This document shows, piece by piece, positions 46,233-57,200 of a DNA stretch of 64,000 bases. Below the pieces are notes generated by a model, which was not told where the DNA came from, made no database searches, and saw only the letters and a list, made by a program, of their open reading frames with translations. Source of the DNA: Bacillales bacterium (GTDB lineage: Bacteria; Bacillota_I; Bacilli_A; RF39; UBA660); contig JAEEKI010000016.1 in NCBI GenBank assembly GCA_016282375.1, positions 39,219 to 103,218 of the forward strand. Reading direction: 5' to 3'. The translations under genes and the position numbers were made by a program. How positions within the stretch are numbered: the stretch's first letter is position 1; every line of letters begins with the position of its first letter.

Positions 46233-47197
46233 TGTTGTTCCTTATCAATATACTTCTCACAAGCCTTATCTAATTCTTCGAATAATTTATCAACATCTTC
46301 CCTTTTGGCAATACGGGCTCCAGCCGCAAATTTATGGCCACCGCCATTAAAATGACTAGCTATTTCATTAATAATGGGACCACGACTGCGGATGTTCGCT
46401 TTGTATATTTCATTACGCTCATCATAAGTAACAAAACACCAAGCCACTAATTCTTTGATAAAATGGAAATTATTGACAATAATCGAAGCTGTTGAACTAT
46501 CAACTTCAAATTCTTCGATAGTCTTACTATCTATCAATATATAACCAAAGCCATTCTCTGTTAATGATAAATTATTAACGATATAGGCTTCGAATCGACA
46601 TTCTTTAAGACTTTTTTCATAAAGATTATCATATAAAGATGTAAAATCCATATTATATTTTTTGATTAATTTTAAAACGACTTCAAAAGTATGTGGTCGA
46701 GTATTCTTAAATAAAAATCTTTCACTATCAGAAATAATACCATAAAAAAGATTCTCAGCAATCGTTTTATCCAATTGTAGATGTGTATTAAAGATTAAAT
46801 CAGCTACCATTTCCGCAGTCGAAGAATACTCTGTTGAACTGAAATCGACAGTAGCTTCGATATCTTCGGATGGATGATGATCAATTCTTAATATAGCATC
46901 AAAAGTATAGTCTTCAATGCCATCAATTCTCGCCTTATTAGGAACATCTAAAACAATTAATAAAGCATCCGTAATACTATTACTATCTACTTTATCCAAA
47001 TTACCTAGATAACGAAATTTACTAACTCCTGCCCCTACCGCATAAACTTTTTTATTAGGAAAAGTTAAACGAATAGAATCTCTTAAAGCAATTTGACTCC
47101 CAATAGCATCAGGATCAGGGCTAATATGACGAGCAATAATTATTTGATCATAACTTTTTATAATTCTAAATACTTGTCTAAATATATCTTTATTTAT
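46229..47197 (-). CDS. nrnA: DHH/DHHA1 phosphoesterase NrnA (oligoribonuclease/pAp phosphatase), probable non-AUG start
   Basis: The track ORF starts at TTG 46999, but the same frame stays open upstream and encodes IINKDIFRQVFRIIKSYDQIIIARHISPDPDAIGSQIAL, the conserved NrnA N-terminus with DHH motif I. Also present are IDHHPS and the DHHA1 motif GGGHKFAAG. AAGGAG lies at 47204-47209, followed by ATT-ATC-ATA. Confidence 0.8.
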   Translation of the reverse strand: MNKDIFRQVFRIIKSYDQIIIARHISPDPDAIGSQIALRDSIRLTFPNKKVYAVGAGVSKFRYLGNLDKVDSNSITDALLIVLDVPNKARIDGIEDYTFDAILRIDHHPSEDIEATVDFSSTEYSSTAEMVADLIFNTHLQLDKTIAENLFYGIISDSERFLFKNTRPHTFEVVLKLIKKYNMDFTSLYDNLYEKSLKECRFEAYIVNNLSLTENGFGYILIDSKTIEEFEVDSSTASIIVNNFHFIKELVAWCFVTYDERNEIYKANIRSRGPIINEIASHFNGGGHKFAAGARIAKREDVDKLFEELDKACEKYIDKEQQ

Positions 47198-47219
47198 GAT
47201 AATCTCCTTCTTTCTAAGG

Positions 47220-48404
47220 TTATTTATTTAGTTTTATGTTGTATGTATCTTCCGCAATCATTAGTTCTTCATTAGTTGGAACAACATAAACAGGTATTGT
47301 ACTATCTTCAGTACTAATACATCTAAATTCACCACGGAAATCATTTTTTGATTTATCAAGTTTAACGCCTAAAGAGGCAATGCCTTCGATAATTTGTTCT
47401 CTAGTTAATGAGCTGTTTTCACCAATACCAGCAGTTAAAACAATCACATCAGCACCATTTAACATATTATTATACATAGCTATATAATTAGTAATCTTTT
47501 GAATATACATTTTTTGAGCAAGTAAAGCTCTTTCATTACCTTCGGCCATAGCATCTTCAATATCTCTCGAATCAGAAGATATGCCTGTTACCCCAAGATA
47601 TCCACTTTTTTTATTTAAATCGTTAGTTATTTCTCCAACAGTTTTTCCCGTTTTCTTAACCATGTATTCAATAATACTTGGGTCAATATCACCACTTCTA
47701 GTGCCCATCATTACACCAGCAAGCGGCGTAAATCCCATAGAGGTATCAACAACCTTACCAGCATCAATAGCGGTAATACTTGCTCCGTTTCCAATATGAC
47801 AAGTAATAACTTTTAAATCATCACGTTTTAAATAAGAAGAAATTTCACCATAAACAAAACGATGTGATGTTCCATGAAAGCCATATTTTCTGACACCATA
47901 TTTTTCATACCATTCATATGGTACGGGATATAAGAAATGATCCATATCCATTGATTGATGAAAGGCCGTATCAAAAACACCGACATTTAATACGCCAGGT
48001 AATTCCTTCATAAAAGCCTCTACGCCTAGTAAATTAGCAGGATTATGTAAAGGTCCTAGTTCATTATATTTAGAGATTCTCTTAACAACATCTTCATCTA
48101 AAACGACAGGAGCACTAAACTCTGCCCCACCATGTAAGATTCGATGACCTACACCTTCGATTTCATCTAATGAAGAAACAATTCCTAATTCGATTAATTC
48201 ATTCATTAAACATTCAACAGCAACGGAATGGTCTTTTAATTCATGTTCCTTTCTTATCTTATCACCATTGTATTTAATAGTATAAAAGCTTCCTTCCATA
48301 CCTATTTTTTCAAATAAGCCACTAGCAATTGACTTCTTTTCCGGTAGTTCAAATAAATTAAATTTCAAAGATGAACTTCCAGCATTAATTGATATAATTT
48401 TCAT
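47220..48404 (-). CDS. ackA: acetate kinase
   Basis: ILSINAGSSSLKF-type N-terminus (IISINAGSSSLKF here), HRILHGG, FDTAFHQSM and FHGTSH. Confidence 0.96.
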   Translation of the reverse strand: MKIISINAGSSSLKFNLFELPEKKSIASGLFEKIGMEGSFYTIKYNGDKIRKEHELKDHSVAVECLMNELIELGIVSSLDEIEGVGHRILHGGAEFSAPVVLDEDVVKRISKYNELGPLHNPANLLGVEAFMKELPGVLNVGVFDTAFHQSMDMDHFLYPVPYEWYEKYGVRKYGFHGTSHRFVYGEISSYLKRDDLKVITCHIGNGASITAIDAGKVVDTSMGFTPLAGVMMGTRSGDIDPSIIEYMVKKTGKTVGEITNDLNKKSGYLGVTGISSDSRDIEDAMAEGNERALLAQKMYIQKITNYIAMYNNMLNGADVIVLTAGIGENSSLTREQIIEGIASLGVKLDKSKNDFRGEFRCISTEDSTIPVYVVPTNEELMIAEDTYNIKLNK

Positions 48405-48451
48405 ATTTCCACCTCGACATATTTAATTATACAAAAAAAAAGCCAATTTGA

Positions 48452-48637
48452 CTATCTTTTTGGCTTTCCTTTTAGATTATTTTGCTTGGTGTAACAAAAG
48501 TCTTTATAATGACTCTCTGTATTCCTGGGATTAGCAGATAAGTTATATCCATAATCATTGAGAAATTCCTCTTTGATTTTTTGATAACCATCGACAATAA
48601 ATAAATCACAGGCTCGATAATATTTTTTCTTTATCAT
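48452..48637 (-). CDS. small basic hypothetical protein
   Basis: 61-aa ORF followed by a terminator hairpin (AAAGCCAA...TTGGCTTT with a T-run). No family recognised. Confidence 0.35.
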   Translation of the reverse strand: MIKKKYYRACDLFIVDGYQKIKEEFLNDYGYNLSANPRNTESHYKDFCYTKQNNLKGKPKR

Positions 48638-48672
48638 ATTATTATGATAAGCAATTTTAAAAAATATATTAC

Positions 48673-49860
48673 CTATAATAAGTCTTCATAAGGATTATTT
48701 GTTTCGTTTTCAGTAATAGTATATATTTGATGATTCTTAATTGCCTCGAAAATAAGAGTTTTAAAATCAACTAATTTTTCATATTCATATACCAAATTTA
48801 TATCTGGATAAATAACGGGATGATCTGGAACAAAGATGGTACAACAATCTTCGTAAGGTTCAATACTTTTCTCATATGTACCTATTTTTTTTGCTAAATC
48901 AATTATCTCTAGTTTATCATAAGTACATACAGGTCTAATAACTGGCATTCTAATTGCCTCATTAATAACTTGCATGCTTTTAAGCGTTTGACTGGCAACT
49001 TGCCCAATACTTTCACCATTGATAATAACATGGGCATTTATATTACTAGCTACTAGAGCACTAATTTGATACATCATACGACGCATAATTGTTATTAAAT
49101 AATAATTAGGTATATTTTTAATTATCTCTTCTTGAATCTTAGTAAAATTAATAACATGAAGTTTAATAGTTCCATTATATTTAGTAAGAATTCTAGCTAA
49201 ATCTTGTACTTTTTTAAGAGCCATTGGACTAGTATGTGGTGGTGAATCAAAGTATATAGCCTCGATTTTGACACCCCGCTTGATGGCTAAATATCCTGCG
49301 ACAGGAGAATCTATTCCTCCACTTAGCATTAATAAGCCTTTTCCTAAAGAAGATGCAGGATAGCCACCTAATCCTCTTTCTCCATTGAAATAAATTAATA
49401 CTTCACTTAATCTAATCTCAATATTAATTAGTAAATCAGGATTATGAACATCTACTTTTTTATTGTCCATATTTTTTAAAACATAAGCACCGACTTGTCT
49501 TGACACTTCAGGACTTTTAATAGGATAACTCTTATCACTGCGTTTAGTTTCAATCTTAAAAGTGGTAAATTCCCTATTTGCAATAAGGTCAACTGTATTA
49601 CGTTTGATATCCTCAATTTCTTTACTTTTATATAAGTATCCAACAATTATTTCATGAATACCAAAGACTTCTTTAACTTTATCCGTTACTTTTTCATAAT
49701 CATTGGTTCGAATAATCATCCGACCATAATCATATTTAATGTTATGATCAATACCAGCCAATTTTTGATCAATGTTATCTTTTAAAGTTTTTAAAAAGAA
49801 GTTAATATTATCACTCTTCGTTGATAATTCTCCATATTTGATAATGACTACTTTTTCCAT
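48673..49860 (-). CDS. thiI: tRNA 4-thiouridine(8) synthase ThiI
   Basis: N-terminal ferredoxin-like and THUMP domains, and the PP-loop LMLSGGIDSPVAGY. Confidence 0.93.
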   Translation of the reverse strand: MEKVVIIKYGELSTKSDNINFFLKTLKDNIDQKLAGIDHNIKYDYGRMIIRTNDYEKVTDKVKEVFGIHEIIVGYLYKSKEIEDIKRNTVDLIANREFTTFKIETKRSDKSYPIKSPEVSRQVGAYVLKNMDNKKVDVHNPDLLINIEIRLSEVLIYFNGERGLGGYPASSLGKGLLMLSGGIDSPVAGYLAIKRGVKIEAIYFDSPPHTSPMALKKVQDLARILTKYNGTIKLHVINFTKIQEEIIKNIPNYYLITIMRRMMYQISALVASNINAHVIINGESIGQVASQTLKSMQVINEAIRMPVIRPVCTYDKLEIIDLAKKIGTYEKSIEPYEDCCTIFVPDHPVIYPDINLVYEYEKLVDFKTLIFEAIKNHQIYTITENETNNPYEDLL

Positions 49861-49861
49861 C

Positions 49862-50998
49862 TTATTCCTTTACTAACAAACTGTTAAGCATATGGTAATT
49901 CTTTTCAAATACTTCGATAAAACGATTTATTTCTTCGGTAGTAGTAATACTTGCTAGACTAATCCGAATAGTATGTGTAGCTCTTTTGTAATCGTTATAA
50001 ATGGCCATGACACTACTTGAAAGTTCTCCTGAAGAGCATGCAGTATTTGTCGATAAATATACTTCATCGTTATCTAATGCTCTAATAAAGGTTTCAGGTT
50101 TAATATTCATGAGTGAGATATTTAAAATATGAGGAATGGAATATTTTGTTTTATTAATTAATATGCCATCCATCGTTTTAAACTTTTTACATAATCTTTC
50201 ATTTAAAAGACTAATATACTTTTCTTTCTTCTCAATGTCTTCAGTTGCAAGGCGTATTGCTTTGGAAAAGCCTACTATCAAAGGAAGCGGTGGTGTTCCT
50301 GGATTTAGTTCATTCGATTTGCCGCTGCCGTATAAAATAGGTTTTACATTAATCTGACTACTTTTATAGAATAGAGCTATACCCTTGGGACCAAATATCT
50401 TATGGGAAGAAATACTAGCCATATCGACATCATGAAGAGAAATACTGGTTTTACCAACAGCTTGTGTCATATCACTGTGTAATACGACATTATTATTCTC
50501 TTTTTTTATTATTTGCCGGATCATTTTAAGTGGTTGACGAATGCCTACTTCACTATTTACCGCGCAAATACTGACTAGTATTGTATCATCACGAATCAAT
50601 TTTTTCAAATGTTCAAAGTCAATTAATCCTTCACTATCATTATTTACATAACTTATTTCAAAACCTAAAGTAGTTAAATAATCACAAATGGCATAAATGG
50701 AAGGATGTTCTAGTTTAGAGGTAATAATATGTTTACCCTTTTTATAGTTAGCCAAAGCATAGCCTATCAAAGCAAAATTATTACTTTCTGTCGAAGATGA
50801 TGTATAAGTAATTTCACTTTCTAAAATACTAAAGATATTCGCAATTTGTTTGGTAGCACTAACCATTAATTCTTTTGATTTTTGTCCAAGTCCATTCAAA
50901 GAGTTAGCATTGCCAATATAATCTTTAGTCGTTTTATTCATGACGTCTAATACTTCAAGAGAAACAGGTGTTGTTGCCGAATAATCTAAATATACCAT
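49862..50998 (-). CDS. cysteine desulfurase (class V aminotransferase, NifS/IscS-like; ThiI partner)
   Basis: PLP-lysine motif SSHKIFGPKG and active-site loop TNTACSSG. Lies immediately upstream of thiI, like nifZ in B. subtilis. Confidence 0.88.
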   Translation of the reverse strand: MVYLDYSATTPVSLEVLDVMNKTTKDYIGNANSLNGLGQKSKELMVSATKQIANIFSILESEITYTSSSTESNNFALIGYALANYKKGKHIITSKLEHPSIYAICDYLTTLGFEISYVNNDSEGLIDFEHLKKLIRDDTILVSICAVNSEVGIRQPLKMIRQIIKKENNNVVLHSDMTQAVGKTSISLHDVDMASISSHKIFGPKGIALFYKSSQINVKPILYGSGKSNELNPGTPPLPLIVGFSKAIRLATEDIEKKEKYISLLNERLCKKFKTMDGILINKTKYSIPHILNISLMNIKPETFIRALDNDEVYLSTNTACSSGELSSSVMAIYNDYKRATHTIRISLASITTTEEINRFIEVFEKNYHMLNSLLVKE

Positions 50999-51000
50999 GT

Positions 51001-52728
51001 TTATTCCTCCCGAGTTTTGTATTCTTCGATTAATTTTTTATGAATACCTGGTTCAATAATATTAATAGCACTAATTGCTTGCTCTAAACTATTTTTATAA
51101 TTGCCTTTAACAAAGGCATTCTCAGCTTTAGCAAGACCAAAATCTACTTCTTTATTGACAACACGATAGCGATTACCATAAACGATAGCCATCTCAGCCA
51201 TTTTCGCGGTCTTTGTTGTTTCGTTAATCGTATTATATACTTTTAAAACTAAGTCTCGAGCTGTATCAACACGTGTATTTAAAGTTTTAATAGAAATAGG
51301 CCTTTTTTCTAGTTCATTAACCATTTCGGTAATAGCATCCCTAGCCTCGGATAACTCAACATAGTAGTTTTTAGGAATAATTGGTAATTTATATGTTCTA
51401 GCTTTTTCTTTGGTTTGCGATAATATTTCTTTAATTTCGTTTAATTGATCGTGAGCACGAAGTTCATCATCTTTAAGACTACCAAGATTCTTTAAAGTAC
51501 CACTTAACTTTGTCTCGGTATTAACTAATTTATTATTAACAATTTCCATGTCTCGAGCTAAATAAGAATATGCCATTTTTTTACCGCGGTAAGTTTCCAT
51601 AATCTTATCATATGAAGTTCTTTCATCGATTAATTCATCACGAATTTCACTAATAACGGCTAAATCATCATCGGTTAAATCATAACTATATTTTAATTCA
51701 CCAGTCTTTTTATATAACTCATTATTAATTTTTTCTAATTTAGATGATTTCAATAAAATAGATCTTGAATAATCATCAAATAGTTTTCGAGATACCTTTT
51801 CTTTATCAAAGTCACTATATAAAGAATCAAAATAATCAAACATCGTCTTTAGTTCAAAAGTAGAATCTACGACATCTAAAACATTTAGTCTTTGAAAAAT
51901 ATCTTGAATTTTCTTATTAGCTTCCTCAATATTATAGTCAATATTTAAGTATTCAAGATTATAACCATCATTAGTCATTCTTTTATAGATTAATTTAATA
52001 TCTTCGATTTTTTGAGGAATAAGTATTTCACCATATTGAATAATCGTCCGTGTTTCATCTACAACAACCCGTAAATTAGATATAATGGTATCTATGGCCT
52101 TAACAATTTTGCCTACTTCAGTGTAAGCATTCCTATCCATTGCATTTTCAAAAGATGAGAATAATTTATCAACATTCTCAAATTGTAATTCAATTGGTTT
52201 TTTTATTTTTTCGTACTCATTAATGTGATCATTATAAGTACTCATGATAGCCCGATACTCTGTCTTAAGTTTTGTAATCTTATCACGATTTTTCTCTTCA
52301 CTTAAGGTAATTTCGCGAATTTCATCAAGTAAAAAATCGGCTTTATTATGAAGATAATTAAGTTGCATTTCCGCCTTAATCATATCCTCTTTTAATTCTT
52401 TGTAATCCCCTTCTTCAAAATCTAGTTGAACTTCATTAATAATATCTGTAATTGTAGGAAGTTCTTTTTCCTTAATGTCATTAAAACGTTCCTTCCAATT
52501 CTCATATTTTTCTCTTAATTCATCATTATTAACTAAGGATTCTACTTTACTTAATTCACTAAGGATTGAAGCTGAAATGATTAGGTTTTTTTCTCTTTCT
52601 AGTTCATCAATTTGTTCACGATACTTCTTTTTGTTCCGACGTCCTAAGACAATTAAAACGACGACAATTACGATAATTGTAAAGATATAATAACCAAATG
52701 CAAATAACATAAATGTCGCTCTTGTCAT
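51001..52728 (-). CDS. ezrA: septation ring formation regulator EzrA
   Basis: N-terminal TM segment followed by ~540 aa of coiled coil. The 575-aa length and the position next to thiI/iscS are typical of ezrA. Confidence 0.85.
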   Translation of the reverse strand: MTRATFMLFAFGYYIFTIIVIVVVLIVLGRRNKKKYREQIDELEREKNLIISASILSELSKVESLVNNDELREKYENWKERFNDIKEKELPTITDIINEVQLDFEEGDYKELKEDMIKAEMQLNYLHNKADFLLDEIREITLSEEKNRDKITKLKTEYRAIMSTYNDHINEYEKIKKPIELQFENVDKLFSSFENAMDRNAYTEVGKIVKAIDTIISNLRVVVDETRTIIQYGEILIPQKIEDIKLIYKRMTNDGYNLEYLNIDYNIEEANKKIQDIFQRLNVLDVVDSTFELKTMFDYFDSLYSDFDKEKVSRKLFDDYSRSILLKSSKLEKINNELYKKTGELKYSYDLTDDDLAVISEIRDELIDERTSYDKIMETYRGKKMAYSYLARDMEIVNNKLVNTETKLSGTLKNLGSLKDDELRAHDQLNEIKEILSQTKEKARTYKLPIIPKNYYVELSEARDAITEMVNELEKRPISIKTLNTRVDTARDLVLKVYNTINETTKTAKMAEMAIVYGNRYRVVNKEVDFGLAKAENAFVKGNYKNSLEQAISAINIIEPGIHKKLIEEYKTREE

Positions 52729-52799
52729 CTCAGCACACCTTCCTAGTATAATTTTAACATAATTACAAGATTAAATGAATACTAAAAAGACTGTTTATG

Positions 52800-52828
52800 T
52801 TGATTTTTTACGTTATTTATAATATAAT
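52800..52828 (+). promoter_or_regulatory. sigma-A type promoter for tRNA-Arg
   Basis: TTGATT, 17 nt, TATAAT; the tRNA 5' end lies 24 nt downstream. Confidence 0.55.
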
Positions 52829-52852
52829 TAATTTGCTTTGAAAAAAGCACGT

Positions 52853-52929
52853 GCGCCCATAGCTCAACTGGATAGAGCGTTAGACTACGGATCTAAAGGT
52901 TGGGGGTTCGAATCCCTTTGGGCGTACCA
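52853..52929 (+). tRNA. tRNA-Arg (anticodon ACG)
   Basis: The cloverleaf was folded by hand. The acceptor stem is GCGCCCA/TGGGCGT (G1-U72 wobble), the anticodon loop is CTACGGA, the T-loop is TTCGAAT, and CCA is encoded. Confidence 0.88.
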
Positions 52930-53015
52930 CTTATTTTAGGTTGTATTTCAATTATTATTGATGTATAATGTTTTCTAGGTGTATCCCAAGACGGGTGCAC
53001 CAGATGATGCTTCTT

Positions 53016-53092
53016 CGAGAAGTAGCACAGCTTGGTAGTGCACCACGCTTGGGACGTGGGGGTCGCAGGTTCGAATCCTGTCTTCTCGACCA
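53016..53092 (+). tRNA. tRNA-Pro (anticodon TGG)
   Basis: Acceptor stem CGAGAAG/CTTCTCG, anticodon stem CCACG/CGTGG with loop CTTGGGA, T-loop TTCGAAT, and CCA encoded. A TGTATAAT extended -10 lies in the 86-nt spacer upstream. Confidence 0.9.
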
Positions 53093-53101
53093 TTTAAAAA
53101 T

Positions 53102-53130
53102 AACTAGATAGTTTAATATCTAGTTTTTTT
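53102..53130 (+). terminator. intrinsic terminator after the tRNA pair
   Basis: AACTAGATA/TATCTAGTT stem followed by a T-run. Confidence 0.65.
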
Positions 53131-53173
53131 ATGTTACAAGTGACCCCCACTTGCTCTATTAATTATAAAAATG

Positions 53174-54151
53174 TCACTTTTTGTCAATCGTTCTTTGGGC
53201 TTGAACGGCAGTGATGGCTACAGTACCGACGATATCCTCAACACTACATCCTCTAGATAAATCATTAACTGGTTTATTAAGGCCTTGGGTAATTGGACCA
53301 TAAGCGTTAGCCTTAGCTAGTCTTTGAACAAGTTTATAGGCACTATTACCAACGTCAAGATTAGGAAATACTAATACATTTGCCTTACCTGCCACTTGAG
53401 AATCAGGACATTTAATCTTAGCTACTTCTTTATCTAATGCCGCATCTACTTGCAATTCCCCATCGATTCGTAAATCAGGATAATTATTTTTAGCAATTTC
53501 GGTAGCATTTACTACTTTATCCACTAATTCATGTTTAGCAGACCCTTTTGTAGAATGAGATATCATGGCTACATATGCAGGACTTTTGGTTAAATACTCA
53601 AAACTATCCGCCGATGTCTTAGCAATAACAGCTAATTCTTCAGGATTAGGATCTTGAACCAAGCCACAGTCAGCAAAGACAAAAGTACCATTCAATCCGT
53701 ATTCACTATCAGGTACCTCCATTAAAAAGAAAGCTGATATTATTTTTTCACCCTTGATGATTTGTAAAGATGGTCTTAAAGTATCCGCAGTGGAATGACA
53801 TGCTCCAGAAACAATGCCATCCGCTTCACCTTTCTTTAAAAGCATACACGCATAATACATGTAATTATTTAAAAGCAAGTCTTTGGCTTCCTCCAAAGTC
53901 ATACCTTTTTCTTTACGAAGTTCATATAATTCATTTGCCAAATTATTTAATTTATCCATATCTTCGCTAGGATCAATAATATGAGGATATTTAACCTTCA
54001 ATGATTTATCACCAATCAAAATTACATCAGCAATACCTTCCTTGGAAACAATTTCCGCGGCCTTCAAGACTCTTTCATCCATTGTTTCGGGTAAAATAAT
54101 CCGCATTTTATTCTCTTTAGCTCTAGATATTATTTGCTCAATTATCTTCAT
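53174..54151 (-). CDS. pta: phosphate acetyltransferase
   Basis: 325-aa PTA_PTB domain with IVLPE-type N-terminus (IILPETMDERVLKAA here) and SRGCSVEDIVGTVAITAVQA. Confidence 0.95.
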   Translation of the reverse strand: MKIIEQIISRAKENKMRIILPETMDERVLKAAEIVSKEGIADVILIGDKSLKVKYPHIIDPSEDMDKLNNLANELYELRKEKGMTLEEAKDLLLNNYMYYACMLLKKGEADGIVSGACHSTADTLRPSLQIIKGEKIISAFFLMEVPDSEYGLNGTFVFADCGLVQDPNPEELAVIAKTSADSFEYLTKSPAYVAMISHSTKGSAKHELVDKVVNATEIAKNNYPDLRIDGELQVDAALDKEVAKIKCPDSQVAGKANVLVFPNLDVGNSAYKLVQRLAKANAYGPITQGLNKPVNDLSRGCSVEDIVGTVAITAVQAQRTIDKK

Positions 54152-54202
54152 CTTATCACCTACTTAATTATTGTCACAAACTTTGTTTTTTTGCAATCAT
54201 TT

Positions 54203-57200
54203 TTATTTAACTTCTTTTAATTCACCTGTCATGATGGAATATAAATAACATTTGATATCTTTATCCATTATTTTTTGTAAGTATTTTTTATAAACTTTTA
54301 GTTGTTTTTGATATGCTTCATCATCAATATTCTTTAGTTTATAGTCAACAATCTTCACTAAATCTTTTTCAATTAACAAGAGGTCAATAAAACCATGAAT
54401 GTTTTCTTCTTCATCCATAAATTCATATTCTTTATAAATCTTAGTATCTTCTGTTAAACTTAGTTTTTTCTTAAGATTTTCCAGTTCTTTTTGATAAGGA
54501 AAATCATTAGGATAATCAAAGAAATCTACCAGTTCAAAGGCTTCATGAACCTTTGTTCCATAAGCAAGTAATTCTTTTTCTTCCTTAGAGATTAATTCAT
54601 TAATCTTTTTCGATGCATGTCCTTGTTCAATGATTTCTCCTTGAACATTGATAGTTTTAAAATTAATCGTTTTATCATCCTTTGTTATTGTTAAATCTTG
54701 TTGATTCTTCGTAAGATATTTTTTACTTAAACCAATTTTACTTAAATCCACTACTTGTACATATCTCTCTAAATTACCATTAATGGATTTAATAATATCT
54801 AAAAAGGAATTATATCTTTTACGAAGGACATTATCTACTACACCTTTGACCGTTATCTTGGGTTCTTCTTCCTCTCGAGGAATGATAATAATCATCTTTT
54901 CCTTGGCTCTTGTCAAAGCGACATATAAAAGTCTTATCTTTTCTGATACATCATTAATTGTATACTTATCCGTCAATAAATCTTTCGTTATTAATGAACC
55001 TATTCCTTCCTTAAAATAAGGAGTAATAAGACCATATACATTATCAAAAAGGAACTTTTCTTTAATATCTCTTTTGTTGTATTCTTTATAAAACCCTGAA
55101 AAATAACAAACAGGAAATTCGAGACCTTTAGATTTATGAATATTCATTAGTTTAATACTATCCGTATCCGCACTACTCTCTTTATATTTTATTTCATAAT
55201 CACTATCAATCATTGTACATAAATAATCATAAAATTTAAGATAATCATAGCCATTGATACTAAGATTACTGGCTACTTTTAGTAAATTATCAACCCGAAT
55301 TAAAATATCATCAATATTTTGTAATTTAAGAATATTTTCATAAAAATTAAATTCTTTAAGGATTTGTTTTAATAAATCATAGGCATTCATATAATCCAGT
55401 TTATTAACAATGTTAAGACCCTTTTGATAAACGATTGTTTCTTGATAATTATGACTGTTGATTGTTTTTAAAATGTCATTATCATTAAGTTCAAATAAAC
55501 AAGAACGGCTAACGGCTACGAAAGCATATTTAAATGCTGTATCATAAATACCATCCTTTATTTTTAAAATTAAAGTATAAATATTTTTTAACAAAAGAAT
55601 ATCTACTTCATTGGTTAATTTACGGTCTTCATAAACATTCAATGGTAATTTTTTATATTCAAAAATCTTTTTATAGGTGGAAAAAGCACTGCCTCGATCC
55701 ATAATAATACAAAAATCACTATACTTGGCAGTTCTTAATTCCCCGGTTTTTTTATCCATTACTTGATAATTATTTTTTATCTTATTTAAAATATCATCCG
55801 CAATAATAAAGGCTTCCGTTTCTTCATTAGAAAGCGTTTCTTTTGCATAACAAAGAAGTTCTAAATCATAATCTTGTTTAGCCTCAGTATCATATGTATG
55901 ATTACCATATACCATTTGATGATCTTTGATATAATTAGCTCCGCCAAAGTCATCATCCATAATTAAATTAAATACTTCATTAATACCATTTAAAACATTA
56001 CTCCGAGAACGAAAGTTTTTTAATAAATCAATTTTAACTCCCCCATCGTTTTGTGCATATTTATCATATTTATTCTTAAAAATAATGGGATTAGCATTAC
56101 GAAAACCATAGATAGACTGTTTAATATCTCCGACCATATAAACATTATTATTCTCGATAAGGGAAACAAATTCTTCTTGAATATCATTTGTATCTTGATA
56201 TTCATCAATCATTATTTCCTTGTAATAATTTTTTAGTTCATTTTGAATTTCTTCGTTATCTTTTAAAAGTGTAATAGCCATGAGTTCAATGTCAATAAAT
56301 TCATATAAATCATTATCATGTTTATACTTATTCAATCTTTGATTAAATTCTTTAATAATATCAATAATTACTTCCACATAATTTTTAGAAATAATAAATG
56401 ATGCATATATATCTTCCAAGTTATTAAATCTTAAATAAGTTTTAATTTTACTAATTGAATTAATAATACTTTCTTTAAAAGACTTTATTTCTTCGCTATC
56501 TTTAGGAAGTCTCGGAAGAGTTATATCAATATTTTTCTTTAAATCATCATATTCTTTAGAACGAATAAGATTACCTAATTTTTGGGATAATTCATCAGCA
56601 AAGTCACTAAAACCACTGTCAGAAATAAGACAGATATTGGTTTCAATATTTTGCATTTCTTCATAAATAAGATTCATGTATTTTGATATTAAATCATTGC
56701 GATATTCTTCATTATAATAATTGTTAAGATAATTATCTAAGTATTCATCTTGATTTACTTTTTGACTTAGGGAATCAATGATACTTAAAATATCTTGCTT
56801 AATTTCTGTATCATTTTTAATACAAAAATCATCGATTAATTGACAAAATTTATCATCTTTTTTTAGATAGTATTCATCAAATATTTCATCTAGTATTTTT
56901 TCTTTATAAATACTAATAAAACCATCATCGACAATGCTTAGAGATGGTGAAACATTTAAAATATAACTATATTTTTTAACTAATGATAAACAGTAAGCAT
57001 CAAAAGTTGTGATATAACTACTTTCCAATAAATCAAGATTATCTTTTAAATCAGGATTATCGGCAATCTTAGAACGGATTCGATCTTGCATTTCTCCCGC
57101 CGCGGCGGTTGTAAAAGTTAAGATAAGTAACTCATTAATCTTAATTCCCTTTTTTAAGTGATGAATAACTCTTTCGGATAAAACGGCTGTCTTACCTGAA

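Noticed and set aside
52930-53015. 86-nt spacer between the two tRNAs with a GC-rich stretch (GGTGTATCCCAAGACGGGTGCACC), as a possible small RNA
   Set aside because: It contains a TGTATAAT extended -10 that plausibly drives tRNA-Pro, and the remainder can pair with the tRNA 5' acceptor strand as a processed leader. I see no independent terminator or conserved structure that would justify calling an sRNA.
52893-53093. 66-aa minus-strand ORF spanning the tRNA region
   Set aside because: It is the reverse complement of tRNA-Arg and tRNA-Pro (the peptide GFEPATP arises from the T-arm of tRNA-Pro), so it is an artefact of six-frame translation.
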